Of a DNA stretch of 64,000 nucleotides, positions 37,322 through 47,425 are shown piece after piece. The notes under the pieces are model-generated. The model saw only the letters and a program-made list of their open reading frames with translations. It was not told the origin of the DNA and ran no database searches. Numbering within the stretch: position 1 is the stretch's first letter; every line of letters starts with the position of its first letter. Made by a program: the position numbers and the translations under genes. The stretch covers positions 60,390,001 to 60,454,000 of the forward strand of contig CM059438.1 of NCBI GenBank assembly GCA_030390025.1, read 5' to 3'. Origin of the DNA: Squalus acanthias (Eukaryota).

Positions 37322-37539
37322 CTGTTTCTCTCTCCACAGATGCTGCCTGACCGGCTGAGTCTTTCCAGCATCCGCAGTATTTCGCTTTTGGTATGTATTA
37401 AATTGCTTGTTGGTCAACACCTTTCATCATGTCTATCTCTGTAAAAAATGTCTCATGGTTCCTACATGTATAAATTAAGTCACTGACTTGGCTGCACTTT
37501 CTTCTTTCGGCTGCTGTGAGTTCAGACATCAAGCATCAC

Positions 37540-37730
37540 ACTCCCGTCACCTGAGCCACTGAGCAGGAAGCGCCTCCGTCCCGCGAGTCCTCCGCTCCAC
37601 ACCCTCGGGACGGTGGGAGGAGTTAGAGCGACGGACCGGAAGTTGTGGCGTGGGACAGGTTAGCGGGGGTGGACCCCCCTTGGATACCGGAGAGGCGTTG
37701 CCAGGTGCAACCCAGAGGGAGGTGGCGGGG
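37540..37730 (+). promoter_or_regulatory. WDR31: Probable WDR31 promoter and non-coding first exon (CpG-rich, ETS/GABPA site, donor after 37658)
   Basis: Locally CpG/GC-rich non-repeat DNA. ACCGGAAGT at 37635-37643, then CAG|GTTAGC. The ATG exon has an upstream acceptor (TTTCTCACAG, 38796), so an earlier exon is implied. Confidence 0.55.
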
Positions 37731-38912
37731 ACAAGAAATGTAGGAGAGGAGCAAAGATAAAGACACCTAACAATCAGTAGAGCAGAGAATATGGAGAGAT
37801 AACAGGGGCAGCTCTGTCCGAGAGGAGGGAGAAACACAAATACGAAAACAGTCCATGCAGACAATGGGCAGAGTAATCAGCCTTGGCCATAGCTCTGTTA
37901 AGGTAAGAGCTCAGTGTCATCCTGCAGGTCACTGATATAGGAGCAACTGGGCACAGATTACAAGATAATTATGAATGAGGAAGGCCATTTTGACTTGTCC
38001 ATCCATTCAGAGATCCCCAACGTCTCAACAGATGGACACCCATAAGTGTTGCTGATCTGGTCAATCTGCACAAATAGGATTTGCATTGACAGCCTGTCAG
38101 TACAAAACAGAGGACATGTGGCCGGCATCCTCCTGCGCCCTGGCAACCAGATAATATGTCCAGAGATGGAGTCCACAGTCAATTATTTCATGAGCCTAAT
38201 AAATTTAGTACTAGTCTCAAAGCACGGTGCGTGCAAAATGTAATTTTAAATCCATTTTGTTTTCCTTGCCTTAGAATAGTTACTTGAAATTTCTGCACAA
38301 CTCCCCCCGTTTGTGGGGCTGAAAGTACACAGGAATAGGATATTTCAGGTTCATTTTCCATGCTGCAAGCGTTGTAAAGATGTTGTGATCTCATGTTTGC
38401 AAATATACATGACTGAATTTTATTTTTCTAGATAATTTGGATAAACAATGTTCATTGATGAGCAGGGTTAACATATCCCATAAAGTCTTGGTCAGAGTAT
38501 TGCATAATATAATGCCAAACTCTAACACTTTCTATGGAACTATGTAATTGTACAGATTATGGGATAGTTCAATAGAATGCCCTTTCTCTTTGATATCTTC
38601 TATGAAATTTAGTTATAGCATATTTTCTGGCTTCTTTTATACAAACTTATTGTTTCTGCAAAATATTTATCAAAAATCTTTGGAAGCTGATTACACCCCA
38701 GCCTGCTTCAAGTGGAGCTTTAAAAAGTGCATTTAATTAGTGCTTTATAACTTCTTCAATATTATTCTTGCTCTATTCGCATTTGCTTTCTCACAGGCTC
38801 TGGGCTCCACTATGCGTCTGGTTTAAAAGTGCTGTTAATTGCAGCTGACGCCATGCCAGCCAGTAAGCTCTTCACCTGACTGTTAGACGATCCCTGTTAA
38901 CGCTTTGCTGCC

Positions 38913-38959
38913 ATGGGTAAACTGCAGAGTAAACAGAAACGCAACATATCCCGATACAG
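38913..38959 (+). CDS. WDR31: WD repeat-containing protein 31, coding exon 1 (MGKLQSKQKRNISRY-R); exon likely starts at 38797
   Basis: Kozak GCTGCCATGG, in-frame TAA 15 nt upstream, donor AG|GTATGG phase 2 matching the next exon. Resembles recalled WDR31 MGKxQSK. Confidence 0.85.
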
Positions 38960-39534
38960 GTATGGTGAGTCTGTGGAGCGCATGATCGAAGGTGGTAATG
39001 ATAGATTTATTATTGCAGCCTATCATCATTCTGCAGGTTGATCTCTAGTAATACGCATGTGCAAATTTAGATTTGTTTAATATTTGTTCTTAGGATGTGG
39101 GTGACACACTATTTATGCCTATCTCAAGTTGCCCTGAGGGTTTGAAGAGTCAACCGCAGTGTGTGGGAGTGGAGTCACACACAGGCCACACATGGTAGTG
39201 GTAGCAGATCTGTCGCAATCTGGCAGCCTTCTGGAAGCTTTCACGGTCATTGTTTTTCTTGCGTCAATCCACAATTTTTGAAATCAGTTTCATCACTTAC
39301 CATGGAAGTATTTGAACTGCTAGTCCAGTACCACAACCACCGGGCTGTGAATGTTGTCATTTCAATTACATACAGTGAATCTGTAAGTTAAAGGAACTCT
39401 CTGAGCTAAGGGCCTTTCTAGCTTTATCTTCAAGTACCATCCTGCTCCCGTATTTACTAAAGAAAAATCAAAAGTGTTAAATTTTATACCACAGTGACTG
39501 ACCTAATCCGAGTTGTTTCTTTTCTAGCATTCTT

Positions 39535-40140
39535 AGAATCGTGGAATGTTAGAGCACAGAAGCAGCCATTTGGCCCATCAAATCTGCACATGAGCCACCA
39601 AGTCTAAACCCACTCGCCTGATCTCTCCCCATATCCTTTAATATTCTTGTTTTTCAAGCCACTATCTAATTCCCTTTAAAACAAATTTATGGACTCTGCT
39701 GGGATAGCACTTTATGGCAGACATGTATTTCCATCTAATCACCCTCTGTGCAAAGAACATTTTTCTAACCTCATCCCCCTCTGATTATTCTTGTGATTGT
39801 AAGTTTGTGCCCTCTCATTACTGCCTATTTATTTATCTTATCATCATCCTTCATAATTTTGAAGATCTCCCCTTAACCTTAGATGCAGTGGAAAAAGCCA
39901 TAACTTCTCAAGTTTGTCTCCATAACTGGGACCCCTTGTAACTTGCAGCATCCAATTGAATCTGTGCTGCACCTTTCCCATTGCCTTTATACTCTTTCTA
40001 CAGTGGGGTGCCTACCACTGCACACAATACTCCAATTGCAGCATAACTAAGTTCTTGCATAAGTTAAATATTATCTCCTTTTGTATTTAGAGCCTCTAGA
40101 TAAAACCAAGGATTCCATTGCTTTTTTATGGTCTTCTCTA
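39535..40140 (-). mobile_element. Old CR1 3' fragment
   Basis: TAGAATCGTGGAATG..AGCACAGAAG..GCCATTTGGCCC start; degenerate match to other CR1 3' ends. Confidence 0.7.
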
Positions 40141-41654
40141 CCTTTGAAAGGTCCCCCTGCTCCCCTCCTCTCCTTCATTTCAAATGCTCTAAAGTTGGCA
40201 TGTCCAAACTTTTTGTCTTGGTTGGCCACTTAGTCGGATATCATGGCACTGTGCAGGCTACATATAGTCAATGGGTGTTGTTATTAAAACTTGCGTGTTT
40301 CACTTGAGTAGTAACGAAGTCAGTCGGTGGTTACAATCACTTTTTGTTTTTATGCTGAAGTAAAAGAATAATCTAAAAGTAGAGTATTACTTCTTCAGTA
40401 TACAAAGCAATTTACAAGCGGAGTATTTGTCAGCAGATCGAGCACAGTTGAATGTAGGCATGCATTCATCCTGGTACTAACCTAAAGAACGAAAGAGCTT
40501 TCTTCTTGTACACTATTTTATCCTTCGCAAACTCTAATTTTTCCCTTCTCTCCCTTGATTGGTCCTTTTACTGCACTTTACTGTGCAAACTTCAGTACAT
40601 GCTTCTCTGCACTGATGATATCTGTCTGTTTGGTGCGCCTCAGCAACTCTTCTGTTGTTGCAACCTTGGTCAACCTTGAACACACTAGCTGGCAGCATTA
40701 TTTTCATCTTGTTGCCAGCCTGACCTTTAACTCTCTCTCTCCATCTTATTTATCAACAATGGGAGTAAATGATTTGACACCGAAATCCAAGCAAACAATA
40801 TCATTTTTTTGGAAAGCAAAGCTCCATTAAACACTATGACTAAATACAAAATAAAACAAAGCAGTGGAATTCGAGTGATAAAGTCTACAGCAGTATGCAG
40901 GCTGTACTGACCCAGCATTGCCATACAGTAGTCAGACACTGAACCCTGATTTACACCAGTAACCAGGCTTCACTTACTAGCAATGGGACAATAAAATGTG
41001 ATATTTCGTAGCTCCATCTCATCTCCCATTGACCCACTTCTCATCATTTATGAGCTGTATAGTTAGATTAAACAGTGCAGTTGGGCGTTAACCGCAGTAG
41101 TCCTCGCCTCATTGCTGGGGTCTAGCTCCTCGAGTGCCAGCAGCCCTCCATTACTTCAGCCAAGTGACCATTCTTCATGTGTGAACAGTAAGTGTCGGCA
41201 CACTATTCCGCCATACAGAGGGACGGGGTGGGGGGAATCGCAACAGTGCCTGATCCTGACCTTGTGTAACTTTCCTACACTGGTCAGGAGCAAGAACCCT
41301 AGTTGATTATTTTTTCTCCCTCACTCGTCCATTGAAACTGAGACCCATTTTAGTAGCCCGACTGTTGCCCTGGCTGACATCAGCTAAAAGACTGGGAATC
41401 AAATCAAATCTCTTCAGAGGAGCTATGTAGTGCAAGATTTATTTGTAGTGGTTTGTTTTTAATTAAATCTAAATAACCCAGGAAACTGAGTTCTTTTGTA
41501 TAAATCAGGATACCCTGCAACATATGTTACATTGCCACTGTAACCCAAATCACTGTGCATTACACAGGCACTATTTGTCACAATCTGTAGGGAGTTTTGG
41601 TCAATATGGAGCTGTGGCCATTAGAAGCTGGATTGTTACTGCTCAGAGTCAAAT

Positions 41655-42075
41655 GTCAGCTTGGCTCATTGGGAACACTCTCGCCTCTGAGGCAGAAGGT
41701 CGTGAGTTCAAGACCCAACTCCAGCGATTTGAGCACATAAACTAGGGTGACACTTCAGTGCAGTACTGAGGGAGTGCTGCACAGACAGAGGTGCTGCCTT
41801 CAGGATGAGATGTTAAACCAAGGCCCTGTCTGCCTGTTCAAAGAAGAGCAGGGGAGTTCTCCCGGTGTCCTGGCCAATACTTATCCCTCAACCAACATCA
41901 CTAAAACAGATTATCTGGACATTTATCACATTGCTGTTTGTGGGATCTTGCTGTGAATAAATTGACTGCCTTACTAACAAAACAACAGCGACCATGCTTC
42001 AAAAGTAATTCATTGTTCATAAATTGCAATGGAACATCTTAAGGGCCTGAAACGTGTTCTAAAAGTGCAAATTTT
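41655..42075 (+). mobile_element. SacSINE1/DeuSINE-like SINE with tRNA-derived head
   Basis: A-box-like TGGCTCATTGGG and B-box-like GAGTTCAAGACC, followed by the shared body. Confidence 0.8.
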
Positions 42076-42358
42076 TTAAATTTCATTTGGGCAGCAGATT
42101 TTTATTCTGTTCATCTTCGGTGTAACACAGATCCTAGAGGTAAAAGGGCGATGTATTAATCCACCGCACTACCCAGTCCTCCTCAGCTTGAGCTGTTTGT
42201 ACCCTGGCATGAATTCTGCAGGATCCACTCATAGTTATTACATATCCGCAATCTGTCAAGGAGGCACAGGACAAATTCTAAACTGTGGCTTACCCTGGTG
42301 TTGTCAGATTGCACTGTGCATTGTGCTTGAATTTGAACTGTTGTCATATTCTTTCTAG

Positions 42359-42488
42359 GATTGATGGGGATACAGGCCACAGTTCCATCACTCAAATGGT
42401 GCAACAATACAGTCCTGCGCATAATGATGCTGTGACATCATTAGCCTCCCTGACGTCTGAACACTGCGTGTCTGGAGGAAAGGACAAG
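42359..42488 (+). CDS. WDR31: WDR31 coding exon 2 (IDGDTG...YSPAHNDAVTSLASLTSEHCVSGGKDK)
   Basis: TTTCTAG acceptor, GTGAGA donor, 130 nt, phase 2/0. Confidence 0.93.
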
Positions 42489-42899
42489 GTGAGATTTTCA
42501 CCTTTTTGGAAGGGCAAAAATGGAGGGTGTGTGTTTGAGCAGGACTTTACACTAGTGTGTACAATAGTTTTGTGACATTTAATCTGACACACACACCCGC
42601 ACACACCATAGCTGCATGTTTTGCTGTCTCACTCGAGCTTTCTTCACCCAGGAAGGCTGGTACAGACTTGGAACTTCTGACAGCAGTGCCCTGTGAAGTA
42701 GCATTGAGTTTGTACTGTAAATTCCAGCTTATTCACTGCTTGACACAGTCCATTACTAAATACAGATCATTGGTGTGATAGCTGCCTTTTTATGTGTGCG
42801 TCTGTGTGTGCACGCATGAGCAGATATTTGGTTTCTGATTTAATTCAGTAGTGATGTCTGCTGCCTGTTACTGAGATGTACCCACTTTTTGCCCTTCAG

Positions 42900-42974
42900 A
42901 CAGTGGTCATATATAACTGGAAATCTGGTGGTGTGCAGCAGAAATTCATGGGTCATGAACGTGATGTGACCAAG
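42900..42974 (+). CDS. WDR31: WDR31 coding exon 3 (TVVIYNWKSGGVQQKFMGHERDVTK)
   Basis: CCCTTCAG acceptor, GTAAGA donor, 75 nt, phase 0/0, WD40 GH motif. Confidence 0.93.
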
Positions 42975-43830
42975 GTAAGAGCAATTTATAAATCACTTGG
43001 CAGTATATTTACTGATCACAATACAGGAGAAATGGAGATACGCCATTGACTGTGGAAGTGGAAAGGGCTCAACCTTTATTATTTGGGGCTTAGTTTTAAT
43101 GTCCAGTCAGATGCAAGGATGAAGGTTACCCCTCTGTAGTACATTGGTACAGTGCTTTATAATATATCTTTAATTTCTGAGGTCATGGATCCTAGATGAA
43201 GTGTACTAAGCTTAGGCTCAAAGCACTGAGGTCCAGAGATTTCAATAGATAGATGCCAAAACCCCTCTCATAAAGATCCTAATCTGCTTTGAAAGCCTAT
43301 ACGGTGCAGACTTCTGATTGTTTTTGATAGGATTCTGAGAATTTGGTTTAACCAAATATTCTAGGATAAGCCCAGAATATTAAACTGAAGTATTTGTTGG
43401 ATAAATACTCCCTCTCCCCATAGGCATGGTAGTTAACTTCATGAGTAGCATATCTATCCTTGTAATGTTTCCCAGGATAGTCGTTGAAATATGATTTTTC
43501 ACTCGTCTCCCAGGACTCCCCCACTGGTCCACCAAATCAATTAATACATAAAAAGGAAGGGGAGTCTAGGCAGACTACTCTGTCCAAAGTATGTAACCAC
43601 TCCAATCCCCCTATCTGATCTGTAAAAATGTAGTCATGTATTTGTTACCTGCCAGTGGAGATCTACCATTTCAGTCCTGCTTCCCACCTCATTGTACCCT
43701 GGAGCACCTCCATTCATTGCAATGGGACACAACACTTTGGCAAACCTGGGAGCTGACCTGGAGCCATCCGCTCCCATAACAGCACGCAACTGGTTCTGCT
43801 TCTGTATTCTGATGACTTGCTGCACTCAGT

Positions 43831-44311
43831 GGGGGAAATTTTGACTTTGGCCGATAGTGTAAAATGGGCGATATCGGATCAGGCGCCTGTTATAAGAACA
43901 TAAGAAGCAGGAGCAAGAGTGGGCCATATGGCCACTCGAGTCTGCTCCGTCATTCAATAAGATCATGGCTGATCTTCTACATCAACTCCACTTTTCACGC
44001 CCTATTCCCATATCCCTGATTCCCTTAGTGTCCAAAAATCTATCGATCTCAGTCTTGAACATAGTCAACGACCGAGCATCCACAGCCCTCTGGGGTAGAG
44101 AATTCCGAAGATTCACAACCCTCTGAGTGAAGAAATGTCTCCTCCTCTCAGTCATAAATGGCCGACCCCTTATCCTGAGACTATGACCCTTAGTTCTAGA
44201 CGCTCCAGCCAGGGGAAACAGCCTCTCAGCAGCTATACATCTCTCCCAATTTTCATTTCCATTTCCGATATCACCTGTTTTACACTATCGCCCAAAGTCA
44301 AAATGGCCCCC
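43831..44311. mobile_element. PIF/Harbinger-like MITE (about 48-bp TIRs, AGT TSD) with a CR1 3' fragment (43895-44233, -) inserted
   Basis: GGGGGAAATTTTGACTTTGGCCGATAGTGTAAAA / TTTTACACTATCGCCCAAAGTCAAAATGGCCCCC, AGT on both flanks. Inner CR1 has an AGAACATAAGAA tail and TATA on both sides. Confidence 0.8.
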
Positions 44312-44821
44312 AGTGTGACCTTGTAGTGGCTTACGTGGACTAGGTGTAAGAACAAGTCCCTACCGCACTCTTGTCAGCTGGGGCATGATACTTGATGGGA
44401 GGCTTCTAAATGGAGGTAACAGATGGGACAATGTACAACAATGGCTGTTTCACTTCATCAGGTGACATAGTCGATTAATTCACATTTGCCATTTTCATGG
44501 GCACCAGACTTTTGGAGCTTGAAATGCTCACCTGTGGGACTAGAGTTTTATCAACAGTTTGTATTGAAGTGCGGTTATAGAACTGATTTGTGTGAATGCG
44601 GCCTGGTCCAGTCTAATTCATGTGTTATGTCCTTGAGTTTATCGCACCTGTGTATGATGCGCACAGAGATCTCGTATGTTGCTAGGTTCTCTGATTTTCA
44701 GGTGCTGTATCCAGCTGTTGTGGGGGGCGGGGTGAATCCTGTCCTGCATTGAAGCGACCTGCATGTGAACAAAATGGTGGATTCCCCCGTATTTCGAATT
44801 GTGCCTGTCATTTTATTTCAG

Positions 44822-44966
44822 GTAACCTGCGTCTTTCAATCAAACAGAATCTTCAGTGCTTCACGTGATAAAACGGCCCTGATGTGGGACGTAGACAGTA
44901 AGGCCGGACCACTGCAGGAGTTTACTGGACACGAACTGGTGGTGACTGGCCTAGCTGTGAGCCCAG
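44822..44966 (+). CDS. WDR31: WDR31 coding exon 4 (VTCVFQSNRIFSASRDKTALMWD...GHELVVTGLAVSP)
   Basis: TTTCAG acceptor, GTATGG donor, 145 nt, phase 0/1. Confidence 0.95.
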
Positions 44967-45254
44967 GTATGGACGCAGGAAGTCTTCATTCACCATAGTA
45001 TTTTTTGTGTGTTTTTTGCCATAGTAAATTTAACTGGGTCATAGCAAAGTCGTGCATTTAATGAAAAGGGAACATTTTCCCATTTTCTTACAGAAAGAAG
45101 GGGGAAGGAAGAGAGTCGGAGGCAAGCGAGAGATAACGACAGAAAGTGTGTGAGAGGCTCACAGAGAGGGACAAGTGAAATCATATCTAAAGGATGATAA
45201 AGAATTAAAGAGTTGGAGAGGAAAAGAGATGGCAACAGGATAAAGTATTTAAGA

Positions 45255-45461
45255 TAGCAAAATACTGCGGATGCTGGAAATCCGAAATAACAACAGAAAA
45301 CGCTGGAAAAACTCAGCAGGCCAGGCAGCATCCGTGGAGAGAGAAACAGAGTTAACGTTTCCAGTCTGACAAAAGGTCTTCGACCTGAAACGTTAACTCT
45401 GTTTCTCTCTCCACGGATGCTGCCTGGCCTGCTGAGTTTTTCCAGCGTTTTCTGTTGTTAC
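45255..45461. mobile_element. Penelope-derived fold-back mini-element with a hammerhead core, 74-bp perfect inverted repeat and 13-bp TSD
   Basis: Arms 45288-45361 and 45387-45460 are exact reverse complements. AAAGTATTTAAGA at 45242-45254 and 45462-45474. Arms are homologous to the Penelope 3' UTR at 30538-30645. Confidence 0.88.
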
Positions 45462-45684
45462 AAAGTATTTAAGAACCTTGCATATAGGCAGAAAGAAAAG
45501 AAAAAGGGAGACAGAGCGGAAAACAGAGAAGGAGACAAACAATTAGAGTAGGCGACAAGCAGAGTCAGTGGCAGGAAGAGAAGGATGCCATTTTTTTCCT
45601 TTTGTGTGAGCAATGTCATGTTGTATATAATTTTATTTACAAATGTATAAGTGCCTCTAGTGGCAGAAGTTCAGTGTCTTCCTC

Positions 45685-45851
45685 AATCACAATAGCAAAA
45701 TACACCGGATACTGGAAATCTGAAATAACAACAGAAAATGCTGGAAACAATCAGCAGGTCAGGCAGCGTCGAGGAGAGAGAAACGGAGTTAACGTTTCGG
45801 GCCGAGGACCCGTCGCGAAGCGTCCTTGACCCGAAACGTTAACTCTGTTTC
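45685..45851. mobile_element. Second Penelope-derived fold-back mini-element (about 30-bp arms)
   Basis: GAAACGGAGTTAACGTTTCGGGCCGAGGAC...GTCCTTGACCCGAAACGTTAACTCTGTTTC. Flanks TTCAGTGTCTTCCTC / TTCAGTCTCTTCCTC (1 mismatch). Confidence 0.8.
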
Positions 45852-45953
45852 AGTCTCTTCCTCCCTGACTCTGTTCTGGGGCCATGGGCGAGAAGACATT
45901 GTGCCTGTGTCGGGCTTTCTTTTTGCAAGTGTATGATCTTCTTGTTAACCTGA

Positions 45954-46115
<162 letters not shown>

Positions 46116-46154
46116 TGACCACTGGTTTTCCAAATGCTTATTTGGCCAATGCTT

Positions 46155-46605
46155 TAGTGCAATACTGAGGGAGTGCTGCACTGTCAGGTGCCATATTTCG
46201 GACAATGTTTCCCCCTAAGTTGCGCGGCTGTGCACCGATCAGGAGGTCCTGCACAGGCCGCTCACCAGCTGCTACCGCTGGAAAAGATACCGTGCGTGGG
46301 CGGCCGTGCAGCAAATTTAAAGGGGCCGCGCACCAAAAAAGAATTAGAGAAAACACTGCCCTCTCAGTTGGACATAAAAGATCCCGTGGCACTATTTCGA
46401 AGAAGACCAGGTGCGTTCTCCCTGGTGTCCTGGGGCCAATATTTGTCCCTCGACCAACATCACTAAAACAGATCATCTGGTTATTTATCTCATTGCTGTT
46501 TGTGGGAGCTTGCTGTGCGCAAATTGGCTGCAGCATTTCCTACATTACAACAGTGACTGCTTTAGGAAGTCCTGAATTCGTAAAAGGTGCAAATTCTTTC
46601 TTTCT
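46155..46605 (+). mobile_element. SacSINE1/DeuSINE-like SINE interrupted by a TIR element at 46204-46358
   Basis: SINE body on both sides. The insert has ends CAATGTTTCCCCCTAA / TTAGAGAAAACACTG. Confidence 0.8.
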
Positions 46606-46740
46606 TTACTAAATTTCCACTCTGCTGTGACAGTCACATGAATCTACATTTTATTGTCTAACCTAACTGATCATAACGCACATCTTCCCTATCCATGTAC
46701 TCTAAGATCACTGGAAGTGTGCTCTATCTTTTGGATTCAA

Positions 46741-47140
46741 GAAAGAAAAGAAAGACTTGTATTTATTTAGTGCCTTCACGACCACCGGACGTCTCCAAGC
46801 GCTTTACAGCCAATGAAATACTTTTGGAGTGTAGTCACTGTTGTAATGTAGGAAACACGGCAGCCAATTTGCGCACAGCAAGCTCCCACAAGCAGCAATG
46901 TGATAATGACCAGTTAATCTGTTTTTGTTATGTTGATTGATGGATAAATATTGGCCAGGACACCGGGGATAACTCCCCTGCTTTTCTTTGAAATAGTGCC
47001 ATGGGATCTTTTACGTCCACCTGAGGGAACAGACGGACCTCGGTTTTTAATGTCTCATCTGAAAGACGGAATCTCCAACAGTGCAGCACCCCCTCAGTAC
47101 TGCACTGGAGTGTCAGCCTAGATTTCTGTGCTCAAGTCCC
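46741..47140 (-). mobile_element. SacSINE1/DeuSINE-like SINE
   Basis: Reverse complement of the shared body, with (GAAA)n tail. Confidence 0.87.
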
Positions 47141-47271
47141 TGGATTCAGTCAGTTACAAAAGGTGTATAACACTGATGTTTGCTGTTTTTTGATCTGATG
47201 AAAATTTTGCATGGCATCTAAGTGACTGATTGCCAAATGACCTACTGAACGGGCAGACATAACTCATTAAC

Positions 47272-47425
47272 ATCAACAACTTGCATTTATATAACGCCTT
47301 TAACATAGTAAAACATCCCAAGGCACTTCACAGGAGCGATTATCAAACAAAATTTGATGCTGAGCCACATGAGATATTAGAGCAGATGGCCAAAAGCTTG
47401 GTCGAAGAGGTAGGTTTTAAGGAGA
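47272..47425 (-). mobile_element. L2 3' end fragment
   Basis: CAACAACTTGCATTTATAT tail; matches 24285-24435. Confidence 0.82.

Larger units (their letters stand above)
30651..37392 (+). mobile_element. Near full-length Penelope-like element (RT plus GIY-YIG, frameshifted), interrupted by CR1 (32433-34737) and Tx1 (35771-37130)
   Basis: ORF 30685-31776 with LSKGLSFIP, FFRRLRL and KPADKGGAVV. Then [62 protein letters not shown] and GLNIEFNNFR. Confidence 0.9.

Noticed and set aside
41655..41730. tRNA gene
   Set aside because: A/B-box-like motifs run directly into the SINE body and no cloverleaf is evident.
45288..45460. Hairpin as a microRNA precursor or intrinsic terminator
   Set aside because: Arms match Penelope 3' UTR sequence and the unit has a TSD, so it is a mobile-element product. 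Small-RNA production would need data.
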